Shown: piece by piece, positions 11,760 through 23,897 of the stretch
How the letters are laid out: the number at the start of each line of letters is the position of its first letter
Position numbering within the stretch: position 1 is the first letter of the stretch
NCBI GenBank assembly: GCA_963747235.1
Contig: CAVVEU010000008.1
Coordinates: 416,001 to 480,000, forward strand
DNA: 64,000 bases
Direction: 5' to 3'
DNA from: an uncultured Candidatus Rokubacteria bacterium
GTDB lineage: Bacteria; Methylomirabilota; Methylomirabilia; Rokubacteriales; CSP1-6
Notes under the pieces: model-generated
Told to the model about the DNA's origin: nothing
What the model saw: the letters and a program-made list of their open reading frames with translations, nothing else
Databases searched by the model: none
Position numbers and translations under genes: made by a program

Positions 11760-13331
11760 TCAGGAGTCGATCCGGCGCTCGTCGAGGTCCAGCTCCCGCT
11801 CGAGCGCCCGCAGCACGTCGTCGTCGATCGCCCCCTCCGCGCGCAGGCGCAGCAGCGCCTCGCGCTCCGAATCGATGACGGTGCGCTGGATCTCGCGATG
11901 CTCGATGATCTCCCGATCTTCCTCGCCGGAGGCGCCCGCGTCGCGCTGCCGCTCGACGTGCTCGGACCGGTGCTCGTAGGTCTCGCGCAGCCGATCGAGC
12001 AGCGGGCGGTGGCCCGGCCAGACCGGGTAGAGCTCGTCGATCCGCCGCGTGGCGGCCTCGACGAGCTGCTGGCGCGCGCGGGCCTCCTCCTCGCGCAGCT
12101 CCGGATCGGTGCCCAGGCGGAGCCGGCGGATGAGCCACGGCAGGCTGAGCCCCTGGCCCAGCAGGGTGACCACGATGACGGTCACGGTCACGATCACGAG
12201 CGTCTCGCGCGCGGGGAACGGCGCGCCGCCGGGCAGGGTCAGCGGCACGGCGAGCGCGATCGCGAGGGAGACGCCGCCGCGCATCCCGGCCCACGACAGC
12301 ACCAGCGAGTGCGCGAGGAAGCGGTGCGGGCGCGACTCGCCGCGCACCGCGCACGCCGCGAGCTCGCTCGGGAAGATCCAGAGCGCGCGGACCACGAGCA
12401 GGACGAGGCTCACGATGAGGCCGATGCCGACGAGCCGGATCGCGGTGGAGGCATCGAGCGAGCGCAGGAGGAACGGGACCTCGAGGCCGGTGATGATGAA
12501 GACCATCCCGTTCAGGAGGAAGGCGATCGTCTCCCACACCGCGCGGCCGGTCAGGCGGGCGTCGGCCCCCATCATGCGCGAGGCGCGGCGGCCGAGGTAG
12601 AGACCCGCGACCACCGCCGCGATCACCCCGGAGGCGCCGAGCTCCTGGGCGGGCAGGAACGCGGCGTAGGGGGTCAGGAGCGAGATCGTGATCTCGACCG
12701 GCGTGTCCTCGATGCGCGCGCGGATCTGCGCGATGATCCAGCCCACCGCGAGGCCGATGGCCAGGCCGCCCAGCATGGCGCCCACGAACGTCTCGACGCC
12801 GACGGACGCCTTGAACGCGCCCCCGACCGCCACCGCGATCGCGATGCTGTAGATCGTGAGCGCGGTGGCGTCGTTCAGGAGGCTCTCACCCTCGAGCACC
12901 GACACGATCCGGCGCGGGACGGCCAGGCGGGAGGCGATGGCGGCCGCCGCGATCGCGTCGGGCGGGGCGACGATCGCGCCGAGCGCGATGGCGACCGCCC
13001 ACGGGATGCTGGGGATCAGGGTGTGCACCACCGCGGCCACCGCGAACGCGCTGACGACGACCAGGCCGACCGCGAGCGAGCCGATGGTGCCCAGATTCGC
13101 GCGCAGGCTGCGCAGCGGGGTGTAGAAGGCCGCGATGTAGAGCAGCGGGGGCAGGATGAAGAGGAAGATGAGATCCGGGTCCACCTCGACGTGCGGGGTG
13201 CCCGGCACGAGGCCCAGCGCGAGCCCGCCGATGACCAGGAAGATCGGGTAGGCGATGCCGAGCCGTCGCGCGATCGTCACGAGCGCGGCGACCGCGATGA
13301 GCAGAGCCAGGACGAGCTGAGCGCTCTGCAT
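11760..13331 (-). CDS. CPA1 family Na+/H+ antiporter
   Basis: Multi-TM protein with LPPLLY, LGAIVAPPDAIA, LEGESLLNDATAL, WAGMRGGVSLA. Confidence 0.95.
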   Translation of the reverse strand: MQSAQLVLALLIAVAALVTIARRLGIAYPIFLVIGGLALGLVPGTPHVEVDPDLIFLFILPPLLYIAAFYTPLRSLRANLGTIGSLAVGLVVVSAFAVAAVVHTLIPSIPWAVAIALGAIVAPPDAIAAAAIASRLAVPRRIVSVLEGESLLNDATALTIYSIAIAVAVGGAFKASVGVETFVGAMLGGLAIGLAVGWIIAQIRARIEDTPVEITISLLTPYAAFLPAQELGASGVIAAVVAGLYLGRRASRMMGADARLTGRAVWETIAFLLNGMVFIITGLEVPFLLRSLDASTAIRLVGIGLIVSLVLLVVRALWIFPSELAACAVRGESRPHRFLAHSLVLSWAGMRGGVSLAIALAVPLTLPGGAPFPARETLVIVTVTVIVVTLLGQGLSLPWLIRRLRLGTDPELREEEARARQQLVEAATRRIDELYPVWPGHRPLLDRLRETYEHRSEHVERQRDAGASGEEDREIIEHREIQRTVIDSEREALLRLRAEGAIDDDVLRALERELDLDERRIDS

Positions 13332-13393
13332 GGCTCCCGGCAGCGTAGCACACGGGTCCGGGCGGTGGACGGCGATGCTATCCTTCGGACACC

Positions 13394-15052
13394 ATGGCGG
13401 ATCTCTCCGAGCACCTGGCCGCGATGTTCCCGAAGCTCACCCGCGCGCAGATGGACCGGCTGCTTCCGCTCGGCCGGCGGCACCGGTTCGCGCCCGGCGA
13501 GATGGTCTACGAGCGCGGTTCGGCCAAGCGCGCGTTCTACGTGCTGCTGGAGGGGCGCGTCGAGATCGCGAGCCCGTCCCGGGTCGGCGTGGAGCGCGTC
13601 GCGATCCACGAGGCCGGGGAGTTCACCGGCGAGGTGGACATGATGTCGGGGCGTCAGAGCCTGGTCGCCGCGCGGGCGCTGGACGCGACCGAGCTGCTCG
13701 AGATCGATCTGGCAGAGCTCCGGCACATCGTGCAGACGGACCCGGAGCTGAGCGAGCTGTTCCTGCGCGCCTTCGCGCTCCGCCGCGCGCACCTCATCGC
13801 CAACACCCTGGGGGGCGTGGTGTTGATCGGCTCGGGCCATTCGGCGGACACCCTGCGCCTCAAGGCCTTCCTGGCGCGCAACGGGCATCCGTACGTCTAC
13901 CTCGACGTCGAGCGCGACCGGGATGTGGAGGCGCTGCTCGAGCAATTCCGGATCGGGCTCGCGGACATCCCGGTGCTGCTGTGCCGCGACCGGGGCCGGG
14001 CCCTGCGCAACCCGAGCAACGTGGAGGTCGCCGCCGCGCTCGGCCTCAACCCCGAGCTCGACGACGCGCACGTGCACGACCTCGTCGTGGTGGGCGCGGG
14101 GCCGTCCGGTCTGGCCGCGGCGGTTTACGCGGCGTCCGAAGGGCTCGACGTGCTCGTCCTGGAGACCAGCGCCCCGGGCGGCCAGGCGGGGTCGAGCTCC
14201 CGGATCGAGAACTACCTGGGCTTCCCCGGGGGTATCTCCGGCCAGGACCTGGCCGACCGCGCGTTCCTCCAAGCCAAGGAGTTCGGGGCGAACCTGGCGG
14301 TGGCCCGGGTGGCGGTGGGGCTCGCCTGCGCGGACCGGCAGCTCCGCATCACGTGCGCCGATGGCGGGACGGTGCAGGGCCACGCGGTCGTGGTGGCCAC
14401 CGGCGCGGCCTACCGCAAGCTCGCCGTGCCCGAGCTCGGCCGGTTCGAGGGCAACGGCGTGTACTACGGCGCCACGCAGGTGGAGGCGCAGCTCTGCGAC
14501 GGTGAGGAGATCGCGGTGGTGGGCGGCGGCAACTCGGCCGGGCAAGCCGCGGTGTTCCTGTCCGGCATCGCGAAGCACGTGCACCTGCTGGTGCGGGGCG
14601 CCGGGCTCGTGGACAGCATGTCCCGGTACCTCATCGGCCGCATCGAGGAGAGCGCGGCGATCACGCTCCGGCCCTACACGCAGATCGAGGCCCTCGAGGG
14701 TGACGGGCGGCTGCAGCGCGTCTGGTGGCGGAGCGCCAAGGCGTCGGACCGCGAGCGCCGCGACATCCGCCACGTCTTCTCCATGACCGGCGCCGACGCG
14801 AACACCGCCTGGCTCGGCGGCTGCGTGGCGCTCGACGCGCAGCGCTTCGTCAGGACCGGCCTGGACCTCACGCCCGAGGATCTGGAGACGGCGCAGTGGC
14901 CGCTCGCCCGCCGGCCCCACCAGTTCGAGACCAGCCTGCCCCGCGTGTTCGCAGTCGGCGACGTCCGGTCGGGGAGCATGAAGCGCGTGGCGTCCGCGGT
15001 GGGCGAGGGCTCGGCCGCGGTCCAGCTCGTGCACAAGGTCCTGGCGGAGTGA
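13394..15052 (+). CDS. cNMP-binding domain + thioredoxin reductase-like FAD oxidoreductase
   Basis: N-terminal cNMP domain (GEFTGE), VVGAGPSGLAAA, GGQAGSSSRIENYLGFP, VVGGGNSAGQAA, TSLPRVFAVGDVR. Confidence 0.92.
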   Translation: MADLSEHLAAMFPKLTRAQMDRLLPLGRRHRFAPGEMVYERGSAKRAFYVLLEGRVEIASPSRVGVERVAIHEAGEFTGEVDMMSGRQSLVAARALDATELLEIDLAELRHIVQTDPELSELFLRAFALRRAHLIANTLGGVVLIGSGHSADTLRLKAFLARNGHPYVYLDVERDRDVEALLEQFRIGLADIPVLLCRDRGRALRNPSNVEVAAALGLNPELDDAHVHDLVVVGAGPSGLAAAVYAASEGLDVLVLETSAPGGQAGSSSRIENYLGFPGGISGQDLADRAFLQAKEFGANLAVARVAVGLACADRQLRITCADGGTVQGHAVVVATGAAYRKLAVPELGRFEGNGVYYGATQVEAQLCDGEEIAVVGGGNSAGQAAVFLSGIAKHVHLLVRGAGLVDSMSRYLIGRIEESAAITLRPYTQIEALEGDGRLQRVWWRSAKASDRERRDIRHVFSMTGADANTAWLGGCVALDAQRFVRTGLDLTPEDLETAQWPLARRPHQFETSLPRVFAVGDVRSGSMKRVASAVGEGSAAVQLVHKVLAE

Positions 15053-15102
15053 CCTCCGCGCGTCTTCGGGCGCGGGACGGGAAATGCTATCCTGCGGACA
15101 CG

Positions 15103-16992
15103 ATGGCGGATAGAGTCGGGCGTCGCCAGATTCTCGCGCTCGGAGGCGCCGCGCTGGCCGCCGCGGCCTTGCCCGGCTGCGCGGTCCCGTTCACGAACAC
15201 GCAGAGCGACCTCGCGCGGGCCGCGGAGGCGAACTACCGTGAGAGCCTCTCGCGGCTGCGGCGCCGCGTCGCCCGTCCCGACGGCACCGAGGCCGGCGAG
15301 AGCGGCCGCGGAGCGCTGGCCTCGGTCTCCGACGGATTGCGGACCGCGCGGGCGGCCCGTCCCGGCCGGCCGGACTTCGATGTCCTCATCGTGGGCTCGG
15401 GCTACGGAGGCGCGGTCTGCGCGGCGCGTCTGGCCGCCGCGCGTCGTCCCGGTGTCCGGATCGGACTCCTCGAGCGCGGCCGCGAATGGGTGCCCGGCAC
15501 CTTCCCCGCACATCTCACCTCGTTCAACCCGCTGGCCCGGCGGCCGTCCTGGATGGGGGAGCAGCTCTCCCGCAATCCCCTGGGGCTCTACGGATTCTAC
15601 GACCGGGGCGACGTCGAGGTGGTCGTGGGCAGCGGGCTCGGCGGCACCTCACTCATCAACTGCGCCGTCGTGATCGAGGCCGAAGAGGCGGTCTTCGCCC
15701 AGCCGGAGTGGCCGGGCTCCCTCCGGGAGAAGAAGGAGCTCCGACGCTTCTATCAGCGCGCGCGCCGCATGCTCGCCGGGCGGACGACTCCCGAGGATCG
15801 CGTTCCGCCGAAGCTCCGGGCCCACCTGTCCTCCGCCTCGGCGCTGCGGGCGCGCGGTCAGTGGAACGCTCCCGCGTATCCGGTGGAGCTGGCCGTGACC
15901 TTCGACGCGCGTGAGAACGGCCAGGGCATGCGGCAGCAGGGCTGCGTGCAGTGCGGGGATTGCGTCACCGGGTGCAATGTCGGCGCCAAGAACTCTCTCG
16001 ACATGAACTACCTGCCTCTCGCCTGGGCTCATGGGGTGGAGATGTTCACCCAGGTCGAGGTCGAGCACGTCGAGATCGTGGATGGAATCCACCGCGTCCA
16101 TTATCTCCACCGGCCCGACGGCGGCCGAGGGGAGGAGCGGGGCTGGGTGACGGCGCGCGTGCTGATCCTCGCCGCCGGCACCCTGGGGACCACCGAGATC
16201 CTGCTGCGCTCGCGGCGGCGGCACCGGCTCGCCCTGTCCGACTGGCTGGGGCGGGGCTTCTCGGCGAATGGGAACTATCTGGGGTTCGCGGACTACCAGT
16301 ACGCCGAGCCCGCGGTGATCACCAACACGGCCGGCGTGGGCATCGCGAACGGCGCCCCCGTGGAACTGGTGGGCGCCGCCATCCAGGGCGCCATCGACTT
16401 CCGCCTGCCGGGCCGTCCGATGCACCGCCGCGTGATGTTCGAGGATCTCGCGCATCCGAGCGCCCACGCGCCGGGCGTGGCGCTGCTCATGCTGGCCGAC
16501 CTGAACCGGGGGATCACCCTGCTCGGCTGCGGGCACGACTCGGCGTCGGGCGAGCTCCGACTCGACGACGACGGGATCGCGGTGCGCTGGCCCGACTACG
16601 ACCGCCAGCCGAGCCACGCCGAGATGATGACGCTGATGCGGGAGTACGCGAGCGCCCAGGGCGGGCGCTTCCGGCCCTTCACCCCCGCCCGGAACTATAC
16701 CGCGCATCCGCTGGGCGGCTGCCGCATGGGCGCGACGGCGGCGGAGGGCGTGGTGGACGATCGCGGGCGGGTGTACGACGCCTCGCCCGGGGCGGGTGCG
16801 GGGACGGTGCATCCGGGACTCTACGTGGTGGACGGCTCCATCCTGCCCACCGCCCTCGGCAACAATCCGCTGCTCACGATCACCGCGCTCGCGGAGCGCG
16901 CCGCCGAGATGATCGTCCGGGACCCGGTCCACGCCGCGCTGTTCTCGACGGCCGATGCGCCCATCCCGCGCCCGACCCGGCAGGGCCCCTGA
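15103..16992 (+). CDS. GMC (cholesterol oxidase-like) oxidoreductase with Tat/lipoprotein leader
   Basis: RRQILALGG...LPGC leader, IVGSGYGGAV, GSGLGGTSLIN, CVQCGDCVTGC, TAHPLGGC, NPLLTITALAER. Confidence 0.88.
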   Translation: MADRVGRRQILALGGAALAAAALPGCAVPFTNTQSDLARAAEANYRESLSRLRRRVARPDGTEAGESGRGALASVSDGLRTARAARPGRPDFDVLIVGSGYGGAVCAARLAAARRPGVRIGLLERGREWVPGTFPAHLTSFNPLARRPSWMGEQLSRNPLGLYGFYDRGDVEVVVGSGLGGTSLINCAVVIEAEEAVFAQPEWPGSLREKKELRRFYQRARRMLAGRTTPEDRVPPKLRAHLSSASALRARGQWNAPAYPVELAVTFDARENGQGMRQQGCVQCGDCVTGCNVGAKNSLDMNYLPLAWAHGVEMFTQVEVEHVEIVDGIHRVHYLHRPDGGRGEERGWVTARVLILAAGTLGTTEILLRSRRRHRLALSDWLGRGFSANGNYLGFADYQYAEPAVITNTAGVGIANGAPVELVGAAIQGAIDFRLPGRPMHRRVMFEDLAHPSAHAPGVALLMLADLNRGITLLGCGHDSASGELRLDDDGIAVRWPDYDRQPSHAEMMTLMREYASAQGGRFRPFTPARNYTAHPLGGCRMGATAAEGVVDDRGRVYDASPGAGAGTVHPGLYVVDGSILPTALGNNPLLTITALAERAAEMIVRDPVHAALFSTADAPIPRPTRQGP

Positions 16993-17005
16993 TCGGAGCG
17001 CGCGG

Positions 17006-17647
17006 GTGAGCCTCCGCCGCCTGGCGCGCGGCTCGTGGCTCCTCCTGGTGTCGGCGGTGGTGGCGTGTGCCCTCGTCGCGAGCGCGAGCGCCGGGGCCGC
17101 GGGCCCGCCCGCCCTCACCACCGAGCAGCAGCGCCGACTGGCCGAGGGCGAGATCGTGCTGCTCGATGCCCGGCCCGAGGGCGCGAGCCCCGGCGCCGGA
17201 GGTGGCACGGCGGTGGCCCTCGTGCCGGCGCCCGTGGAGCGGGTCTGGGGCGTCCTCACCGACTATCCGGGCCATCCGCGCTACTACCCCGGGGTGGTCG
17301 CCGCGGAGGTGCTGGAGGCGAGCGGGCCGCGCGTGCTCGTGCGCTACACGGTCCGCGTCGGATTCTTCACCTTCCGGTTCCACATGCGGAAGGTGGCCGA
17401 CCCCGGGCGCCGGCGGATCGAGTGGCGCCTCGCGGAGGAGCGGGCCAATGGCCTGCTGCGGGAGAACTCCGGCTACTGGCTGGTCGAGGCGCGCCCGGGC
17501 GGAAGCCTCGTCACCTACGCGATCGCGGTGCGCAGCTACGTGCCCGCCTTCCTGACCGCCGGCAGCGAGCGGGCCAGCCTCGTCGACACGGTGACGAGGC
17601 TGCGGCGGGTGGTTGCGGACGCGCCCGCGCAGGGGACCGGTCGCTGA
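17006..17647 (+). CDS. SRPBCC/START-like ligand-binding protein with signal peptide
   Basis: PAPVERVWGVLTDYPGHPRYYPGV motif and hydrophobic leader. GTG start is uncertain. Confidence 0.75.
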   Translation: MSLRRLARGSWLLLVSAVVACALVASASAGAAGPPALTTEQQRRLAEGEIVLLDARPEGASPGAGGGTAVALVPAPVERVWGVLTDYPGHPRYYPGVVAAEVLEASGPRVLVRYTVRVGFFTFRFHMRKVADPGRRRIEWRLAEERANGLLRENSGYWLVEARPGGSLVTYAIAVRSYVPAFLTAGSERASLVDTVTRLRRVVADAPAQGTGR

Positions 17648-17656
17648 GTCCCGCCT

Positions 17657-17992
17657 TCAGGACACGAGGTGGCTCCGGACGGTCTCGTTCCGCTCGGCGA
17701 GCGAGCCGCAGACCAGCCGACACAGCCGCTCGAGGGTGGGATCCGCGATTCGGTAGCGCGTGAAGAGGCCGTCACGCCGCCGGGAGACGAGTCCCTGCTC
17801 GAGGAGCAGCGCCAGGTGCTTGCTCGTGTTGGCCTGCGATGCCCCGGTGATCGCGCAGAGATCCTGCACGGTCTGCTCGCCTTCGAACATCGCCTGCAGC
17901 AGGGCGAGCCGGGTCGGATCGGCGAGCGCCCGGAAGCGCTGAGCGATCAGCTCGAGCGCCTCCCGGGAGAGCGAGGACTTGGTCCGCTTCAT
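17657..17992 (-). CDS. ArsR/SmtB family regulator
   Basis: FRALADPTRL, SQANTSKHL, GLVSRRRDG. Cys in helix 2 and a C-terminal LCRLVC. Confidence 0.9.
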   Translation of the reverse strand: MKRTKSSLSREALELIAQRFRALADPTRLALLQAMFEGEQTVQDLCAITGASQANTSKHLALLLEQGLVSRRRDGLFTRYRIADPTLERLCRLVCGSLAERNETVRSHLVS

Positions 17993-17999
17993 CGCCACG

Positions 18000-19302
18000 T
18001 CAGACCTTGGGCGGCGTGGGCGCGGCGCAGGTGGGCGCCGCGCCGCCCCCGGCCGCGCACACCGCCCCGCCGCTCGTCGCCGGGCCGGGCCCGGGGCGCG
18101 TTCCAGGGCAGCTTCATCAGCAGGAGCGCGAGCCCGCACGTTCCGGTCGCGCCCGCGAACGTCAACCCCGCTCCGAAGAAGGCGGCGAGCGCCAGAAACC
18201 AAGGGCTCACCAGAAGCCCAAGGCCGACGCCGGTGAGCACCATGACGCCGGCGATCAGCTGGACCTGGCGATCGACGGGCAGGCGCTTGCGCCCCTCGCG
18301 CAGCGGCAGCCGGGCCCGGCGCCACGCCTGCACCCGCCGTCGAGAACCCGCGCCCGGCGTCCGCTCCGCGCGAGCGACTCGGCCGCGATGGTGGCCCGCA
18401 CTCCCGTGCGGCACACGACGACCAGATCCGCTCCGTCGGGGATCTCGTCCCGGCGGGCATCGAGCGCGTCCAGGGGCACGTTGAGTGCGCCCTCGATGCG
18501 CTCGCTCTCGAACTCGATCGGGCTTCGCACGTCGAGGAGGAGCAGCCCGGAGCCCGGCTGGCGAAGCGCCTGGAGCTCCTCGGCCGTGATCGTCGCCGCG
18601 TCGGCCTCCCCGAGATTGTGCCGCAGGATGGCCGCCATGTTGGCGGGAGGCGCGGACTTCGTCGAGAGCCGGGCGACGAAGGCGGCCCGGTCCGGCTCGC
18701 GGAGCAGGGGATTGCTCGCCTTCTCCTCGCCGATCGTGGTCACGGCCCGGCCGACATAGTCGTGACCGGGATGCACCACCGTGGCGTCCGGCAGGCTCTC
18801 GAAGCCCCGCAGCGTGTCGAAGAGGTCGGCGGCGCTGCCTCCCATGAAGTCGGTCCGGCCCGCGCCACCGGCGAACAGGGCGTCCCCCGTGAAGAGGTGG
18901 CCCTCCACGAGCACCGCGAGGGAGTCCGGGCGTGTGGCCCGGGGCGTCGACGATCGTCACCGTCGTCGTGCCGAGCTCGAAGGTCGCGCCGCCCTTGATC
19001 CGCCGCACCGGACCCTGGAGCTTCGAGGCCGTGTGGGCCAGCACGGTCGCGCCGGTCCGTCGGGCGAGCCGGCGCACCCCGGAGAGGTGGTCGGCGTGCG
19101 TGTGGGTGTCGAGGACGAACGTCAGACGCGCATCGTGGGCCGCGAGCGCCTCGACGAACCGGTCGACCTGGTCCAGCCGAGGGTCGATCGCCAGGACGGT
19201 GCGACTCGTCTCGTCCACGACCAGGTAGCCCAGGCAGCCGTCGCCCGGGGCCGGAAAGGTGTCGATCGCGAGAACATCCGCCGGGCTCGTGAGCGTCGTC
19301 AT
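18000..19302 (-). CDS. MBL-fold persulfide dioxygenase-like + rhodanese + YgaP/DUF2892 membrane-domain fusion (frameshifts near 18935, 18335, 18100)
   Basis: DTHTHADHLSG, PGHT, FTGDALF, HPGHDY; LLDVRSPIEF, CRTGVRA rhodanese loop; RQVQLIAG...FAGATGTCG...KLPWN. Stop position is inferred. Confidence 0.8.
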
Positions 19303-19320
19303 TGTCCGATCCTCCCGAAG

Positions 19321-19351
19321 TGACTATATAACTACATACTCAAATAGTCAA
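19321..19351 (-). promoter_or_regulatory. Sigma70-type promoter TTGACT-N17-TATAGT overlapped by inverted repeat TGACTAT-N16-ATAGTCA (probable ArsR operator)
   Basis: AT-rich island. On the minus strand -35 is 19351-19346 and -10 is 19328-19323. IR arms are 19321-19327 and 19344-19350. Confidence 0.75.
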
Positions 19352-19384
19352 GCGTGGGCCGGTCCGCCGATGTAGGATGAGCCC

Positions 19385-21709
<2,325 letters not shown>

Positions 21710-21800
21710 GTGTCAGCCGCGCGATCTCGAGGCTGACAGCCGCCTGACATTGCCTTCGCGCGTCACGCCCGAAGGCGTTGTATCGCAAGCAGTTTTCCTC

Positions 21801-21815
21801 TGGCGCGCTTCTTGC
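21801..21815 (+). promoter_or_regulatory. Sigma54 (-24/-12) promoter
   Basis: TGGCGCGCTTCTTGC vs consensus TGGCACG-N4-TTGC (one mismatch, exact GG-N10-GC), ending 19 nt before ATG 21835. Confidence 0.6.
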
Positions 21816-21834
21816 GATTCCCCGACGCTCACAT

Positions 21835-22548
21835 ATGAACGTCAGCCGAACGGTCGAAGCGGAACAGGACGCCAGGCGGTGCCCGCGCCAGCAGGTGTCC
21901 TGGCTGGTCACGGTCGCCGCGGGCTCCCGCCAGTTCCAGGGGCGGACGAAGGACGTGAGCGCCTCCGGCGCCAAGATCCTCCTCAAGGAGCGCCCGGCGC
22001 TCGGGGTGGAGGTGGGGCTCTCCTTCCGTCCTCCGGGCCGCCGGCCCGTCGAGACGCGCGCGCTCGTGTGGCGGCTCGACGCCGAGGGCCTGGCCTGCAT
22101 GTTCGTGGGGACGCAGAAGCCGGAGTTCCTCGAGGCGGTGACGCCACGCCAGGCGCCCGGAGCGGTCCGGGTGCTCGCGCCGAGACCGGCGGGCGCGGTG
22201 CTGCTGGCGACCGTGGACACGGGTTTCCGCGCGCTCGCGCTCGACACGCTCGGCCGCAGCGGCTATACCGTGCTGGACGCGGGGTCGCAGCCGCTGCTGG
22301 CCCTGCGCATCGCGGAGGAGCATCGCGACGCGATCACGCTCATCCTGATCGCGTCCGACCTGCGGCTCATGAACGGTGAGCCGCTGGCCAATCGCCTCGC
22401 CCCGCTGCTGCCATCGGCCAAGCTCGTGCTGATGTCGAGCCGCTCGACTCCGAATCCGGCCGGCCCCGGAGCGGTGTGGCTCCCGACGCCGTGCACGGAC
22501 GGTGAGCTGATGGCGCAGGTCCGCCAGGCCCAGGACGTCGGCCGCTAG
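21835..22548 (+). CDS. PilZ domain + degenerate receiver domain protein
   Basis: RRCPR and DVSASG PilZ motifs. C-terminal REC-like fold (LGRSGYTVLDA, ITLILI, MNGEPLANRL, KLVLMS, LPTP). Confidence 0.75.
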   Translation: MNVSRTVEAEQDARRCPRQQVSWLVTVAAGSRQFQGRTKDVSASGAKILLKERPALGVEVGLSFRPPGRRPVETRALVWRLDAEGLACMFVGTQKPEFLEAVTPRQAPGAVRVLAPRPAGAVLLATVDTGFRALALDTLGRSGYTVLDAGSQPLLALRIAEEHRDAITLILIASDLRLMNGEPLANRLAPLLPSAKLVLMSSRSTPNPAGPGAVWLPTPCTDGELMAQVRQAQDVGR

Positions 22549-23021
22549 TGCCCGTTGCCCTTGACTGTCTCGGACAGCGCCGCGGCGAGGTTATGAGTGG
22601 CCGAGGTCAGGTGCGGGTGCACGGTGAGGGCGCGCCGGAACAGCGCGGCGGCCTCCCGGAACTGGCCGAGCGCCATGTGACAGAGCCCCTGGCCGGAGAG
22701 CGCGCCGAAGTGGCTCGGGTTCCGCGCTAGCGTCTGCTCGCAGTCCGCCACCGCCCCCGCGTAGTCCTCCGCCACGTAGCGCGCCGTCGCCCGCTTGTTC
22801 CAGCCCTCGGCGAAGTCGGGCGCGCGCTCGATGATGCGGCCGAAGAGGGCGATCGCGTCCTCGAGCTCGCGGCGCTCCATCGCCTCGATGCCCTGGCGGA
22901 GGAGCCGGTCGACGTCCGGAATACCCGAGCGGCACCAGATCTCCCAGAGCGTGGCCTCCGCGCGGGCGGCCAGGACGGGGTCGGGGCCACGGAGCGCGGC
23001 GAGGGCTTCGGTCTCGGTCAT
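22545..23021 (-). CDS. Tetratricopeptide repeat protein
   Basis: PDFAEGWNKRAT, NPSHFGALSGQGLC TPR pattern. Confidence 0.85.
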   Translation of the reverse strand: MTETEALAALRGPDPVLAARAEATLWEIWCRSGIPDVDRLLRQGIEAMERRELEDAIALFGRIIERAPDFAEGWNKRATARYVAEDYAGAVADCEQTLARNPSHFGALSGQGLCHMALGQFREAAALFRRALTVHPHLTSATHNLAAALSETVKGNGH

Positions 23022-23109
23022 GCGCCCCCGCTCATGTGCCCCCGGTCATGCAGGCAAGGTTACTTGACGGGGAGCCCCGTTGGCCAGATGCTGCTGCCCG
23101 GAGGCGCTG

Positions 23110-23434
23110 ATGCCGGATCAGGATCGGATCGAGGAGTTCAAGGAAGTGGTCGAGATCATGCCGGACGATCCGGTCGTGCGCTTCGGCCTCGCGGGCGCCT
23201 ATCTCGACGCGGGCCAGGCCGACGCGGCGGTCGTGGAATACGGCGAGGCCATTCGCCTCAAGCCCGACTACTCGGCGGCCCACCGCGGCCTCGGCCGGGC
23301 GCTCGAGCGCGCGGGCCGGATCGCCGAGGCGAAGGCCGCCTACGCGAAGGGCCTCGAGGTGGCGACGCACGACCGGCGATCTCCAGACCGGGAAGGAGAT
23401 CGAGGTCTTCCTCCGACGGCTCGAGAAGACGTAG
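23110..23434 (+). CDS. Small TPR protein (frameshift near 23370)
   Basis: PDDPVVRFGLAGAYL...PDYSAAHRGLGRALE. The shifted frame ends GDLQTGKEIEVFLRRLEKT*. Confidence 0.8.
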
Positions 23435-23897
23435 TGGCGATCTGGGTGGACGCCGACGCCTGCCCCCAGGTGATCAAGGAGATCCTGTACCGGGCCGCCG
23501 AGCGCGCGCAGGTGGTGACGACGCTGGTCGCCAACGCGTCCCTCCGTGTCCCGTCCTCGCCCTTCATCCGGACGCCTCCGCGTGGACGCACGGCTGGGAC
23601 GTGGCGGATCAGCGGATCGTGGAGCAGGTGCGGACCCGGCGATCTGGTGGTGACGGCGGACATCCCGCTCGCCGCGCTCGTGATCGCGCGCGGCGCGCAG
23701 GCGCTGGACCCGCGCGGGGAGCTGTACACGGAGGACAATGTCCAGGAGCGCCTGGCGGTGCGGAACCTGATGCAGGGCCTGCGCGCGGGCGGCGATCTCA
23801 TCGCCGGCCCGGCGCCGTTCTCGCAGAGCGATCGGCAGCGCTTCGCCAATCACCTCGACCACTTCCTGACGCGGCGAGGCGAGGCTCCGGGGACTAG
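23434..23897 (+). CDS. YaiI/YqxD (UPF0178, DUF188) family protein; internal frameshifts, end approximate
   Basis: IWVDADACP, TLVAN, GDLVVTADIPLAA, DPRGELYT, DRQRFANHLD. Confidence 0.85.
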
